Shown: piece by piece, positions 13,034-26,781 of the stretch
Layout: every line of letters starts with the position of its first letter
Numbering within the stretch: position 1 is the first letter of the stretch
Assembly (NCBI GenBank): GCA_030390025.1
Contig: CM059432.1
Coordinates: forward strand, 81,036,001 to 81,100,000
Length of the DNA stretch: 64,000 nt
Reading direction: 5' to 3'
Source of the DNA: Squalus acanthias
Taxonomy: Eukaryota
Notes under the pieces: model-generated
Told to the model about the DNA's origin: nothing
Seen by the model: only the letters and a program-made list of their open reading frames with translations
Database searches by the model: none
Position numbers and translations under genes: made by a program

Positions 13034-13206
13034 GTAAAGTATTGAGCAAGTAAAGTTTATTGGTCAGGATTCCTGCTGGGCTTTATAGAACAACAGACAC
13101 ATTTGTATTTGTTCAGCAAATAACAATGTGGCAAAAGATGTACAAGTGGTGGTGATAAGTAACATATTTCAAACAGACATTTTTCCTTTTCTTTTTTTCC
13201 ACTTAG

Positions 13207-13345
13207 GAGATGATGACAAAACTGATAACGGAGACACCTGATCAGCCAATTCCATTTTTAATAAGTCACCTGCAAAATAAGCAAGGAAGTCCCAGCCAGC
13301 TACAAAGAACACTTTCAGGCTCAGCTGCTCTGTGGGCTGAAACTG
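13207..13345 (+). CDS. C8orf34: C8orf34 orthologue, coding exon (RIIa/Dpy-30-like dimerisation region)
   Basis: Polypyrimidine-TAG acceptor and G|GTAATG donor; [46 protein letters not shown], nearly identical to the human C8orf34 sequence as recalled. Confidence 0.92.
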
Positions 13346-13759
13346 GTAATGACAGAAACTGTCTTCAGTACAGTTCTTCAAACATGTAGAGTATTAACTG
13401 TTCTAGTAATCCTTGAATATCTTTCTTTCCTCAAGAGTAAAGTTTAGTTCACACAGCAGCAGGTCACATTACTATCTTATGGCTTTGTTGTGAAATTAAA
13501 TTATATAAAAGAACACTGGACTAGAAATTCCACACTATCATGAGGCCGAAATCCCGTGTACTGGCAGTGGAGAGACAGGAAATTGAGGCAGAACCCATTT
13601 CTGCTGGGTTTCTACAATTTTTGGCACCCATGTGAACTTCTGATGGAAGGCAGGGGTGAATGTTTCTTCTTTCCGGCCCCTTTTGGGGGTATCTGGCAGG
13701 ATCCTGGGCTCTCCCAGAAATCCTACCAGTTACATCTCCTGCACAACCAGTAAGTACAG

Positions 13760-14620
13760 CTGCATGAAGCAGGCATACCTGATGTATTGGGCTGGCCATT
13801 GAGGCTATTATTGAAGAACTGGAGGGTGTATGCAGGGACATTGGGCTGAAGGAGATCAGCGGTAAGGAGAGGCATTTGAAGGTGATTATAAGAATGATAA
13901 AGTTGATTCTGTGAGATGCAGGAAGCCAGTGGAGCTTGATGAAGGTGGGGTGATAGGAACACTGTCCTTACTGTAGCATTTTACATTACTTTTCGAAGCA
14001 GGGAGGCCAGCAAGGAAAGTACTAGTGATAAAAACATGGATTCACATTTCAGCAGCAGAGGTGAGAGATAGGGGCAGAGGTAGTGACATTGAGGAGTCGA
14101 TGGAAAATGGTCTTGGTGACAGATTGGGTATGGGCCAGAATTTTGGCTCAGGGTAGAGCATTGTGCCAATGTAACACCTCACCGGAGGTGACAGCCAGGG
14201 AGCGGGATGAAGTCGAAGCTAGATATGCATATGCGTTTGTGGAAGTCAAAGAGAATTGTTTCAATTTATCAACATTAACCTGGAGGAAGTTTTGTTTCAT
14301 CCACGTTTTAATGTCAGATAGCCAGTTGGAGATGATATGAAGGCAACAGGTGTGGGGTCGATGAAGGAGGTGATGAAGTAGAGCATATACATGATGGCTG
14401 ACTCTGTACTCCAAGAGATAACATGTAAGTGATGAAGAAGAGGGAGTCAAGAATTACACCAAAGGTGGGCACGGGAGGAGAAACAATTGGAAGTGAAGTA
14501 ATGTGTACAGTGTGACAGATAGAAATAGATTCAGGAGCGAGCAGTGCCACACAGTGGACTGTGGAAGAGAGACATTCGAGGAGTATGGAATGGTCGACAG
14601 TGTTGAACGCAGGCAATGCG
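13760..14620 (-). mobile_element. Old L2-clade LINE RT fragment
   Basis: AFNTVDHSILL and LSDIKTWMKQNFLQVN motifs, heavily frameshifted. Confidence 0.65.
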
Positions 14621-15353
14621 AGATTGCAGCCATAATCATCATTCTCATTTTACTAATTTCAAACGTGTGATTAGTAAAACTGTTTTAACAAACGATGTAT
14701 CTTGCTATTCCTAACTCACCAACTGTATGATAGACTAATTTCACTTCCCTCCATGAACACAACACTACCTTTGCTAATTTACCACAAGAGATCATCATGA
14801 AACAATATTTTTGGTTAGTTATGATGGAAAGGCTCATTTCTTTGAATTCTAGTTTCCGCTGCACTGAGTACCTGCCTTTGTCCTATCTCCATATTGTGGC
14901 AGAGTATAAAGTGTGGCTTCAATTGGCTTGGTGACTTCAGATGGCTGTCAAATTACTCTGAATCATGCTCAAGTCTAGGAAAGCAAAGCCCAGCCATGTG
15001 GAGGAGAAAAGAGGTCACTGGCTATCAATTATGCATGGGAACCCTGGCTTTTTTGCTGCCTAGTCTAACGATGCTGAGGGCAACTTTTATCACTTTTCAC
15101 TCTGGCTAGCTCAAAGCCGAAGGATTGAAGGACCATCCAGGCCTGTATTCTTAGTATCATTCATGGACTATACAGTATTTTTACCTACTGAACCATAAAG
15201 GGAGTGCCATAAGAAGTGCATCACATATAATTAAGCAAGCGTGGCTGCTGCTCATCCATTGCTGCACGTTGGCTGCTTGCTCCAATTGTAACATTTGGAA
15301 TGCTAGAACTTAATATTGAATGAACTGCAGTTGGCCATTTAGACTGGCACGCA

Positions 15354-15964
15354 GGGTTAAATTCTGCTCTGCAGTGGAGAATGAGGGAGAATTTGGGCGC
15401 TGAAGCCTACCGCCGCCTCACTGCCCTGACCTGGACTTCCCTCCCCTTGTTGAGACTGCTGCTGGCTGTTCCTTCCCGCCCACCACGTTCAAAAGGCAGC
15501 AGGGAAACTGATCCAGAGCCCCGGCAGATTATCCTGGCTTCACTTACTGCTGCTTCCCAGGGCAGCCATATGGAAGGTGGCATTGGATTCCGGGAAGGGG
15601 TGGCAACAGTTTGAGATCCCCTAGTGGGGAAGAGGGCCTCCTCTCCATCCAGTCGTGCTCCCACTTACCTTCTTTTATAGGCCTTGATCTCTGCTGAGGC
15701 CTATAAGGCAGGTAACTTTAGAATCTTCAGGGTTCTTCTGTCCCTTTTAAATGCCTGGCCACCTCTTTTGGTGCTGCAGCAGTAGCATTTAAAGGGGCAG
15801 AAATATTTTTGGCCGGCCACTGGCAGGCTCCATCATGGTAGTGGGAATCCCAGCGGAAATCCACCATGCATCTTGATTGACCTCCGACCCCAGAAAATGG
15901 CTTGGGGTTGGGTCAGCTTCAGAGGGATAGGTGGATGTCTCCCCTCCAGAGGAGTAACCAGCCC
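15354..15964. mobile_element. Highly degraded Harbinger-like MITE
   Basis: GC-rich block with GGG...CAGCCC-like ends and internal TTTAAAGGGG motifs; weak support. Confidence 0.35.
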
Positions 15965-16191
15965 ATAAGTTCTGAAAATATCTGATGTAAGGAAGGAATT
16001 TTATAATGACATGTAGCTGGAATATTGAACAGTTTGGGGATACAGTTGGCCCCATAAATAATTTTGCATCAAAATTTCTGAGTATAATAAGCATGTATAA
16101 ATATCCACAGATTACTTATTTAATAAATGGTATATTAGCTTAACCAGCTTCCAGTTCCTTCATGCTGATTTATTGTTTGCTTTTCTTTCAG

Positions 16192-16323
16192 AAAACAAAG
16201 GGACACGGCGAGATTGTAGAGGTTATGATAAACCGTGGCTAACAAATGCCAAAAAACCCAAAAAGTCAAAAAGTGACCTTGCTGTCTCCAACATATCGCC
16301 ACCATCACCAGAATCAAAGTCCT
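16192..16323 (+). CDS. C8orf34: C8orf34 orthologue, coding exon (132 nt)
   Basis: TTTCTTTCAG acceptor, T|GTAAGC donor; (E)[43 protein letters not shown]; phase 1-1 continues the previous exon. Confidence 0.93.
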
Positions 16324-17060
16324 GTAAGCATGTTTTCATTTAATTGCTCTTCTTTTGGATTGTTCATTTAGTTTCAGTTGTTAGTGCTGCAGCTCTTGTG
16401 ACCTGTTGTAATCAAGCCTGATATGTCTATATGTCTGATATTTTGGGATTATTGGAATACTATACAATATTGAAAAATAGACATTTCTTGCTACTGGTTA
16501 TTTAGGGAGGTTCTTCTTTGTCTGGCTGGATTCCAGAACAATTCGATGGTGTGAGCTAGCTTGAAATTACCAATGATGCTGTAGATGATACTGATAGTGA
16601 GCCAATTAGGTTATGTATTAGCTGTCATTCAGACTCAAAATTGAATTATATTGTTGATGTTTGAAAACTAGGGCAAGTGACTTCTAAATAAAGCTTCTGA
16701 AAATATTATTATAACCAGCAGGATGGTGCTTGAGGTAAAAAGAAGACAATTCGCATAGATGAAATAATGTACATAACCCTGTAAATCAGAAGTTAGATTA
16801 TCTTTTAGACAACATTCTCCTCTTAATGCAAATATTTACAAGCTTTATGCAAATACATACAGATAGATAAAACTAATTTGAAATCCCATCTTTCCATTTG
16901 GGACTGATGTTGCTGACCGTGCATTATTCAGTTAAATTAGTTATTGCAATAGTGTTAAGCAAAGTTAAACCTCTATTAATGAGAAAATATGCATAAATGT
17001 CAGTGAGAAGCAATGAGGAAAAGCTGTTGACTGTACTTATATTTTCCTTAATGTTTGCAG

Positions 17061-17189
17061 TACCAAGGTCAATAGAACATGCTGCATGGGACTGGCGAAC
17101 AAAACCAGAAAGCCACAACTTTGATGAACTGAATCACATCCTTCAGGAAAGCAAGAAGTTAGGCAAGGCCCTGGAGAACCTCTCTCGTA
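17061..17189 (+). CDS. C8orf34: C8orf34 orthologue, coding exon (129 nt)
   Basis: TTTGCAG acceptor, A|GTGAGT donor; (L)[42 protein letters not shown]. Confidence 0.93.
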
Positions 17190-18696
17190 GTGAGTATTAT
17201 TTGTTATGATTAGTATAGTGACAGGAAGTCACAACCACCCTTTTTAACAGGAAACCACAATCACCCTATTTGTGTCCTACAAGATTGATTGATACAAAAT
17301 ACTTTTACACTGGGCTGGAGCTTTATTTTAGTAAGATACTGTGATGTTTTTGTGCTTGTTTGTATGCCTGTGTATGAGTGAGAAGGGGGAAAAGACTAAG
17401 AATAAGATGGTATTAACCCTGAGCTGGCAGAGAACTCCAGCTTCACCTTCCCCATTCCCTTGATATCCTTCTAGGCAGGGATGTTCAGAAGGATTTACTC
17501 AAGGGAATCAAGAGCTTGTAACTTTGGGACCCTTCTCTACTTTGGGTGTTCCCCTTTAGGATGTGCCGTTTTGTCCTGCAAGCAGAGATAGTAGTCTTGA
17601 ATGTTGTAAATTTAAGGAGCACATGCAGTGATTGACCAACATGCAGCCCATCCTGTGTCTGTAACTGAACATACAGCTAGTATATGCTGCATTAAGTACC
17701 TTTAAGATTTCATTGCGACAGTTTTAGATGCAAGTTTCAGCCTGTAAATGTGCCATGCTGCTGCTAAGCATTGAACGGGCTGAGAAAGGTGACAAGCAAC
17801 AGCTCAAACTTTTACGAAGAGTGAGAAATGTCTCCTTTACTCCCAGGCTAGTCTTGTGGAACTCGAGGTAATAATCTAACACTACAAACTCTATTATTCT
17901 ACCTGGCCCAACTGTATTCCACAAATGCATTGCCATAGTGCCAGGATCATAGAGCACTTGATTGTCTATGTCTCTATTTATGCCTATGTCCTTTTTCCTA
18001 AGGGCCTAATTAACAGAACATCAGCTAGTTTTGGTGGGAGTCTATTTTACTGTTGCTTTGGATCTCTCATCTCACTTGAGAGATGATCATTTTCTACTTG
18101 TGCCCTCCAGTTCTGCAACCACAGTTTTAATAACCTGCTTACACCTGGGACAAAGCAGATTGGCTATCCCAGCAAGCGGCTGGTACACTGCTGCAGTAAT
18201 TTGGGTTTTTATTGAATAAATCAGGATTTAGAGAGCCGCTTAAAACTGGATCCTGCTTCTGCCACATGCTATGGGTTAACATTTTCCGTTATTTATTTAG
18301 CTTAAAACTAGTTTTGAGCTTGTTTTTTGATATGTAGGTTCTTTATGTGTCCTGAGTGTGGTCTGATGTCTTCAACAATTCCTTCAAGAATACACCAGGC
18401 ACGCACATCAGCACACATATAAGGAATCTCACTTGATTTATTGTTGTCACGATAATCAATATTATCAACATTTTATACTAAGCCTGGCCACAATATTGAA
18501 TACTCTGATTATCTTAATGCTGTTTATTTCAATAAAAGTAATGGGGTCTATGTTAATTGAAGCTGTCAGCAGTGAGACCCATCACTCATCCCATCTCAAA
18601 CAATATGTAATTCCTAGTGCACAAGTCAGCATCAGAAAGAACAGTCCTAGTGGTTTATTAAAATCAGAAATGTAATAGGAACTTATTAGACAAGTA

Positions 18697-19467
18697 GAGC
18701 TGGATTTTGATACTGGGGCGGGTTGGGGTCGTGTCATCCGCATTTCGTGTTATCCACCCGACTGCAATTGGATGTGGGAGATTGATGCAATTTTCACTTA
18801 ATTGGGCAATTGAGTTCCAGCATTTGGGAACCCATGAACCAATTAGTGGTTTCAGTCTGAAAGTCGCCTCTGATGATGTCATCATTGTTGGTGCATTGCA
18901 GGTCAGAGACTGCCTGGTCTCAGAGATTGCCTGGCCTTTCCTGTGAGAGGACCTGGATGCAAAATGAGCAGCATCTCAGAGAGAGAGAGAGAGAGAGAGA
19001 GAGAATTTTTTTTTGCATCCAGGTCCTCTCACAGCAAAGGCCAGGCAGTCTCTGAAGACATTCAATGCAGCAGCATCAGAGGCGACTTTCAGACCTAATA
19101 CTACTACTACCTTCATCACATCTCCGTTGTAATAGTGAACCTGCAGCTGATAGTCAGCTATCCACTTGTGCTCCTGCCAGGTTTCACTGGCGTGTTTCAG
19201 ATCAGGCGTGCTTCACGTGGGAAAAGGGTTAAACTAGCTAAAACGTTTCAAAATGGCATTACAGAGCCAATTTAGGGCTTGTTAAGGGCTTTAATGGCCT
19301 CTCCCGCCTCTTGGAGGTGGGACGGAGATGGGACTACCGCACACGATTTCATCAAAATTGCGTGGAGGCGGAATGGAGGCGGGATCGGGTCCGCCCGCCA
19401 CTTTTCGCAATTTTAACCCCCCACACGCCTCCAAACCCGCCTCCACGGGTCTATGAAAATCCAGCCC
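18697..19467 (+). mobile_element. Harbinger-type MITE (family C)
   Basis: TIRs G(A)GCTGGATTTT / AAAATCCAGCCC, GTA TSD; internal inverted repeat around (GA)n; close copy at 20462. Confidence 0.85.
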
Positions 19468-19845
19468 GTAGCATCTGCTGGTCAGACTGAGAGATTAATA
19501 AAGATGGTTATAATCAGAGAGATTGACTATTTAGCTCCTTTACTAATGATTTTAAAAAAAACTGTAATTGGTATTTCTGATGTTTTGCTTGCATACACTA
19601 TTATTTTCATTAGCTGAGTTATCTAAAGGATTGGCTAGCAATTGAGTGGAAAAAGTCCAGAATTTTGGAACAATAACACCCACTGCATTTAAATAACACT
19701 GTCACAATTTTAATTTATGTATTTAATAATCATTATAGTAAATGCTAAAGCATGTATTATACAGAGGAGGCTGGCAATTATGCTTTAATCAGTTTTCAGT
19801 CCCCTATTCCAGTGCAAAAATATGGAACTTTCAATGTTCCCATGT

Positions 19846-21183
19846 TAGAATCATAGAATCATAGAACGGTTACAGCACAGAAGAAGGCCATTCGGCCCGT
19901 CGAGCCCGTACCGGCTCTCTGCAAGAGCACTTCAGTTAGTCCCAATCCCTGCCCTTTCCCCATAGCCCTGCAAAATGTTTTCCTTCAGGTACTTATCTTA
20001 TTCCCTTTTGAAACCATGATTGAGTCTGCCTCCACCACCCTTTCAGGCAGTGAATTCCAGATCCTAACCACTCACAGAGTAAAAAAGTTTTTCCTCATGT
20101 CGCCTTTGGTTCTTCTGCCAATCACCTTAAATCTGTGTCCTCTATTTCTTGACCCTTCCACCAATGGGAACAGTTTCTCTCTATCTACTCTGTCTACATC
20201 CCTCATGATTTTGAACATCTCTATCAAATCTCCTCTCAATCTTCTCTGCTCTAAGGAGAACAACCATAGCTTCTCCGGTCTATCCACGTAACTGAAGTCT
20301 CTCATCCCTGGAACAATTCTTGTAAATCTTTTCTGCACCCTCTCTAAAGTCTTCCCATCCTTCCTAAAGTGCGGTGCCCAGAATTGGACACAGTATTCCA
20401 GTTGTGGCCGAACCAGTGTTTTATAAAGGTTCATCATAACTTCCTTGTTTTTGTACTCTATGGGCTGGATTTTGATACTGGGGCGGGTTGGGGTCGTGTC
20501 ATCCGCATTTCATGTTATCCACCCGACTGCAATTGGATGTGGGAGATTGATGCAATTTTCACCTAATTGGGCAATTGAGTTCCAGCACGTGGGAACCCAT
20601 GAACCAATTAGTGTTTTCAGTCGGAAAGTCGCCTCTGATGATGTCATCATTGCTGCTGCATTGCAGGTCAGAGACTGCCTGGCCTTTGCTGTGAGAGGAC
20701 CTGGATGCAAGGGGGGGGGGGGGAGAGAGAGAGAGAGAGATGGACAGAGAACCTGAAAGGCAAAATGAGCAGCAGCAGCAGCCCTACGTCTGCTCCCACA
20801 TATTTTCCTATTGTAATAGTAGACCTGCAGCTGGTAGTCAGCTTTCGAAATGTGCTCCCGCCAGGTTTCACAATCGTGTTTCAGAACAGGCGTGCTTCAC
20901 GTAGAACAAGGGTTATAATCACAAAGGCCTTTCAAAATGGCATTATAGAGCCAATTTAGTGCTTGTTAAGGACCTTAACAGCCCATCCCGCTTCTTAAAG
21001 GCGGGACGAAGTCGGGACCAGCAGACACGATTTAATGAAAATTGCGTGGAGGCGGGATGGAGGCGGATTTGTGCCCACTCGCCAGTTTTTGCAATTTTAA
21101 CCCCCCACATGCCTCCAAACCCGCCTCCATGGGTCAATGAAAATCCAGCCCTATGCCTCTATTTATAAAGCTCAGGATCCCGT
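19846..21183 (-). mobile_element. CR1 LINE 3' fragment with (ATTCTATG)n tail, split by a MITE
   Basis: YKTLVRPQLEYCVQFW...RGDLIE...RGHRFK on minus; TAGAATCATAGAATCATAGAA at 19846 is the complement of the classic CR1 tail. Confidence 0.85.
20462..21151 (+). mobile_element. Harbinger-type MITE (family C)
   Basis: Perfect 12-bp TIRs GGGCTGGATTTT / AAAATCCAGCCC, TAT TSD. Confidence 0.9.
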
Positions 21184-21285
21184 AACATTAGTTACATATA
21201 GAATGTCTAAACCATATACTCCCAATAATTATGAAACATTTTAAGCTAGTCTACTTAAGTATCAATACTTGTGCACAGTATACAT

Positions 21286-22962
21286 TAGAACATAAGAAAT
21301 AGGAGCAGGAGTGGCCATTTGGCCCTTCGAGCTTGCTCCGCCATTCAATAAGATCATGGCTGATGTTTTATCTCAACTCCACCTTCCTGCACTCTCCCCA
21401 TATCCCTTGATTCCCTGAATATCCAAAAATCTATCAATCTCTGTCTTGAATAGACTCAACGACTGAGCCTCCACAGCCCTCTGGGTAGAGAATTCCAAAG
21501 ATTCACAATCTTTTGAGTGAAGAAGCTTCTCCTCATCTCAGTCCTAAATGGCCGTTCCCTTATTCTGAGATTGTGACCCCTGGTTCTAGACTTCCCAGCC
21601 AGGGGAAACATCCTCCCAGTATTTACCCTGTCAAGCCCTGTAAGAATTTTATATCTTTCAATGAGATCACCTCTCATTCTTCTAAATTCTAAGGAATATA
21701 GGCCTAGTCTCCTCAATCTCTCCTCATAGGACAATCCCCCCCATCCCAGGAATCAGTCTGGTGAACCTTCGTTGCAGTCCCTCTATGGCAAGTATATCTT
21801 TCCTTAGGTAAGGAGACGAAAACTGTACACAGTACTCCAGGTATGGTCTCTCCAATGTCCTACATAATTACAGTAAGATGTCTTTACTCTTATACTCAAA
21901 TCCTTTTATAATAAAGGTTAACATACCATTTGCTTTCCTAATTGCTTGCTGTACCTGCATGTAAACTTTCAGGTACAAGGACACCCAGGTCTCTCTGAAT
22001 ACCAACATTTCCCAACCTCTCACCATTTAAAAAGTATTCTGCTTTTCTATTTTTCCTACCAAAGTGGATAACTTCACATTTCTCCACATTATATGCCATC
22101 TTGCCCACTTACTTAGCCTGTCTATATCCCTTTGTAGCCTCTTTGCATCCTCCTCACAACTTACTTTCTCACCTAGATTTGTATCATCGGCAAACTTGGA
22201 TACATTATACTCTGTCCCCTTATCCAAGTCATTGATATAGATTGTAAATAGCTAAGGCCCAAGTACTGATCTTTGCGGAACCCCACTAGTTACAGCCTGC
22301 CAACCCGAAAATGACCCATTTATTCCTCCTCTCTATTTTCTGTCCGTTAACCAATCCTCAATCCATGCTAATATATTACCCCCAATCCCATGAGCCCTAA
22401 TTTTGTGTAATAACCTCTTGTGTGGCACCTTATTTGAATGCTTTTTGAAAATCCAAATAGACGACATCCACTGGTTCCCCCTTATCGACTCTGCTAGTTA
22501 CAACTGCAAAAAACTCGAGCAGATTTGTCAAACCCGATTTCCCTTTCATAAATCGATGTCGACTCTGCCCAATCCTATTATGATTTTCTAAGTGCCCTGT
22601 TACCATGGCCCTAACAATAGATTCTAGCATTTTCCCTACTACTGATGTCAGGCTAACTGGTCTATAGTTCCCTGTTTTCTCTCTCCTTCCTTTCATGAAC
22701 ACCAGGGCTACATTTGCTGCCTTCCAATCCACGGAGACCGTTCTAGAATCTAGGGAATGCTTGAAAATCAAAACCAATGCATCCACTATCTCTGTAGCCA
22801 CCTCTTTTAAAACCCTATGATGTAGGCCATCAGGTCATGGAGAATTTGTTGATTTTTAGTCCCATTAATTTCTCTGGTACTATTTCTTTATTCATACTAA
22901 TTTCTTTAAGTTCCTCATTCACACTAAACCCTTGGTTCCCCACTATTTCCAGAATGTTTTTT
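21286..22962 (-). mobile_element. CR1/HER1 LINE, 5'-truncated
   Basis: RT motifs on minus (NYRPVSLTS, YLDFQKAF, SKFADD) and HER1-type tail at 21286. Confidence 0.9.
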
Positions 22963-23313
22963 GCTATTTCTGCACCTGATCCAATTCCTAGGCCTATAAA
23001 TCTTAAGCTTAAAACTGAATGATCGAGACCTGAGTAAATTTGAAACTTGTCATCACAGTAAGGGTACTGGAGTCATTCTGTGTATTGGTGCAAATACTGA
23101 AAGACCTCAGGGATAGTAAGAGAACCAAGGATTCGAAAAGAACACAGATTAGATGCAAATTAGTGATGATTAACTTTGAAATACATCTTTTGCCGAGACA
23201 CCTTAATCTTAGTAATGTGCAGTCTGGAATTGGGAATGTATCTGAAAGGGAGAGGGTGGCTATCTGGAAGGAAGCTTTAAGAAAGGACGTGGGGGAGGAA
23301 GGTTCTAAAAGCA

Positions 23314-23817
23314 ATGGTGGTAGGGGATTCAATAGTTAGGCGAGCAGACAGGCATTTCTGTAGCCGCAGACGTGATTCCAGGATGGTATGCTACCTCCCT
23401 GGTGCCAGGGTCAAGGATGTCACTGAGTGGCTGCAGGACATTCTGAGGGGGGAGGGTGAACAGCCAGAGGTCGTGGTCCATATTGGTACCAATGACATAG
23501 GTAGAAAGAGGGATGAGGCCCTGCAGGCAGTTTTTAAGGAGCTCAGAAAGAGGTTAATAAGCAAGACCTCAAAGGTAGTAATCTCCAGATTACTCATGGT
23601 GCCACGTGCTAGTGAGTACAGAATTAGGCAGATTGAGCAGATTAATGCGTGGCTGGAGAGATGGTGCAGGAGGGAAGGCTTTAGATTCCTGAGGCATTGG
23701 AACTGGTTCTGGGGGAGGTGGGACCTGTACAAGCTGGACTGGTTGCACCTCAACAGGGCCGGGACCAATATCTTCGTGGGGAGGTTTACTAGTGCTGTTG
23801 GGGAGGGTTTAAACTAG
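23314..23817 (+). pseudogene. CR1 ORF1 SGNH/GDSL esterase domain
   Basis: VVGDSIVR, PGARVKDV, VVVHIGTND and D(W)LHLN blocks; 5' part frameshifted. Confidence 0.8.
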
Positions 23818-24357
23818 CTTGGCAGGGGAATTGGAACATGAGCATAGATTCAGAAGGGAGAGAAGCAAAGCTGGAAATGGAAGGCAGAAAATTAGTGAGT
23901 GAGTTTGGAAGGCAGAGGAAACAAAGGCTAGAAAATAGACAACAAAGGGTTTGGGCAGTGTTTAATGGTATATACTTCAATGCAAGGAGTCTAGTGAATA
24001 AGGTAGATGAGCTGAGGGCACAGATAGACATGTGGAAGTATGATAGCATAGCTATTACTGAAACATCCTTAAAGAAGGGCAGGAATGGCAGCTCAACATT
24101 CCTGGCTACTATGTTTCAGACAAGATAGAGAGAGGGATAAAAAGGAGGGGGGTGGGGGGGCGGGGTGTCGCAATATTGGTGAAAGAAACAATTACAGCTG
24201 TGAGGAGGGATGATATGTTAGAAGGATCATCAAATGAGGCCATATACATTGAACTGAAGAACAAAAAAGGGTCAATCACACTGCTGGGAGTGTACTATAG
24301 ACCCCCAAATAGTCAGAGGGAGATACAAGAGTAAATATGTAGGCAAATTTCTGAGAC

Positions 24358-26781
24358 GTGCAGAATAATAGGGCAGTCATAGTGGGGGATTTTAACTATC
24401 ATATTAACTGGACAAATCAAATTGGGCAGGGCAGACTTGATGAAGAGTTTATTGAGTGTCTTAGGGATGGATTTCTTGAGCAGTATGTAACTGATCCTAC
24501 AAGGGGGCAAGCAACCTTGGACCTGGTACTGTGTAATGAGTCTGGATTAATTAATAATGTCCTAATTAAGGATCCCCTTGGAATGAGTGACCATAACATG
24601 GTTGAATTCCATATCCAATTAGAGGGTGAGAAGGTTGGTTCTCAAACAAGCATACTGAGCTTGAATAAAGGAGACTATGATGGCATGAGAGCAGAATTGA
24701 TTAAAGTGGACTGGGAAAATAGATTAAAGGGTAAGACGGTACATGAGCAGTGGTGTTCATTCAAGGAGTTATTTTACAACTTTCAAAATAAATATATTCC
24801 ACTGAGGAAAAAAGGGTGTAAAAGAAATGACAGCCATCCATGGCTAAGTAAAGAAATTAAAGAAAGTATCCAACTAAAAACAAGGACATATAAGGTAGCC
24901 AAAGTTAGTGGGAGGATAGAAGATTGGGAAGTCTTCAAAAGACAACAAAAAGTAACTAAAGGATTGATTAAGAAAGGGAAAATAGACTATGAAAATAAAT
25001 TAGCAAAAAATATAAAAACAGATAGCAAGAGTTTCTATAGTTATATAAAAAGAAAAAGGGTGGTTAAGGCAAACATAGGTCCCTTAGAGGATGAGACCGG
25101 GAAATTAATGGTGGGAAACATGGAGATGGCAAAAATGCTGAACAAATATTTTGTTTCAGTCTTTACGGTAGAGGACACTAAGAATATCCCAACACTGGAC
25201 AAACAGGGGGCTCTAGTGGGGGAGGAGCTAAATACGATTAAAATTACTAAGAAATTGGTACTCAGTAAAATAATGGGACTCAAGGCGGATAAATCCCCTG
25301 GACCTGATGGCTTACATCCTAGGGTCTTGAGAGAAGTGGCAGTAGGAATTGTGGATGCTTTGGTAATAATTTTCCAAAACTCCCTGAACTCAGCAAAGGT
25401 CCCGGCAGATTGGAAAACTGCTAATGTAACACCCTTATTTAAAAAGGGTTGTAGGCAGAAGGCTGGAAATTATAGACCAGTTAGCCTAACATCTGTGGTG
25501 GGTAAAATTTTGGAGTCTATTATTAAGGAGACAGTAACGGAACATTTAGATAAACATAATTTAATAGGACAAAGTCAGCATGGCTTTATGAAGGGGAAGT
25601 CATGTCTGACAAATTTGCTCGAGTTCTTTGAGGACATAACGTACAGGGTGGATAAAGGGGAACCAGTGGATGTAGTGTATTTAGACTTCCAGAAGGCATT
25701 CGACAAGGTGCCACATAAAAGATTATTACTCAAGATAAAAAATCACTGGATTGGGGGTTATATTCTGGCATGGGTGGAGGATTGGTTATCTAACAGGAAG
25801 CAGAGAGTTGGGATAAATGGTTCATTCTCGGACTGGCAACCAGTAGCCAGTGGTGTTCCGCAGGGGTCGGTGCTGGGTCCCCAACTCTTTACAATCTATA
25901 TTAACGATTTGGAGGAGGGGACCGAATGTAACATATCAAAGTTTGCAGATGATACAAAGATGGGAGGGAAAGTAGAGAGTGAGGAGGACATAAAAAACCT
26001 ACAAGGGGATATAGACAGGCTGGGTGAGTGGGCAGAGATTTGGCAGATGCAATACAATATTGGAAAATGTGAGGTTATGCACTTTGGCAGGAAAAATCAG
26101 AGAGCAAGTTATTATCTTAATGGCGAGAAACTGGAAAGTACTGCAGTTCAAAGGGATCTGGGGGTCTTGGTGCAAGGAAATCAAAAAGTTAGTATGCAGG
26201 TGCAGCAGGTGATCAAGAAAGCCAATGGAATGTTGGCTTTTATTGCTAGGGGGATAGATTATAAAAACAGGGAGGCATTGCTGCAGTTGTATAGGGTATT
26301 GGTGAGACCGCACCTGGAGTACTGCATACAGTTTTGGTGTCCATACTTAAGAAAAGACATACTTGCTCTCGAGGCAGTACAAAGAAGGTTCACTCGGTTA
26401 ATTCTGGGGATGAGGGGGTGGACATATGAGGAGAGGTTGAGTAGATTGGTACTCTACTCATTGGAGTTCAGAAGAATGAGAGGCGATCTTATTGAAACAT
26501 ATAAGATTGTGAAGGGGCTTGATCGGGTGGACGCGGTGAGGATGTTCCCAATGATGGGTGAAACTAGAACTAGGGGACATAATCTTAGAATAAGGGGCTC
26601 CTCTTTCAAAACTGAGATGAGGAGAAACTTTTTCACTCAGAGGGTAGTGGGTCTGTGGAATTTGCTACCCCAGGAAGCTGTGGAAGCTACTTCATTAAAT
26701 AAATTTAAAACAGAAATAGACCGTTTCCTAGAAGTAAAGGGAATCAGGGGTTACAGGGAGCGGGCTGGAAATTGGACATGA
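24358..26781 (+). CDS. Uninterrupted partial CR1 ORF2 (APE C-terminal half + complete RT, 807 aa)
   Basis: GDFN, LDLV, SDH, PGPDG, NYRP, QHGF, DFQKAFD, GVPQGSVLGP, FADD; no stops. Belongs to a young 5'-truncated copy ending ~26975. Confidence 0.85.
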   Translation: MQNNRAVIVGDFNYHINWTNQIGQGRLDEEFIECLRDGFLEQYVTDPTRGQATLDLVLCNESGLINNVLIKDPLGMSDHNMVEFHIQLEGEKVGSQTSILSLNKGDYDGMRAELIKVDWENRLKGKTVHEQWCSFKELFYNFQNKYIPLRKKGCKRNDSHPWLSKEIKESIQLKTRTYKVAKVSGRIEDWEVFKRQQKVTKGLIKKGKIDYENKLAKNIKTDSKSFYSYIKRKRVVKANIGPLEDETGKLMVGNMEMAKMLNKYFVSVFTVEDTKNIPTLDKQGALVGEELNTIKITKKLVLSKIMGLKADKSPGPDGLHPRVLREVAVGIVDALVIIFQNSLNSAKVPADWKTANVTPLFKKGCRQKAGNYRPVSLTSVVGKILESIIKETVTEHLDKHNLIGQSQHGFMKGKSCLTNLLEFFEDITYRVDKGEPVDVVYLDFQKAFDKVPHKRLLLKIKNHWIGGYILAWVEDWLSNRKQRVGINGSFSDWQPVASGVPQGSVLGPQLFTIYINDLEEGTECNISKFADDTKMGGKVESEEDIKNLQGDIDRLGEWAEIWQMQYNIGKCEVMHFGRKNQRASYYLNGEKLESTAVQRDLGVLVQGNQKVSMQVQQVIKKANGMLAFIARGIDYKNREALLQLYRVLVRPHLEYCIQFWCPYLRKDILALEAVQRRFTRLILGMRGWTYEERLSRLVLYSLEFRRMRGDLIETYKIVKGLDRVDAVRMFPMMGETRTRGHNLRIRGSSFKTEMRRNFFTQRVVGLWNLLPQEAVEATSLNKFKTEIDRFLEVKGIRGYRERAGNWT

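Noticed and set aside
17728..17867. Additional C8orf34 exon (AG...GT bounded)
   Set aside because: Early stop in the required phase, weak acceptor and no similarity to the recalled protein.
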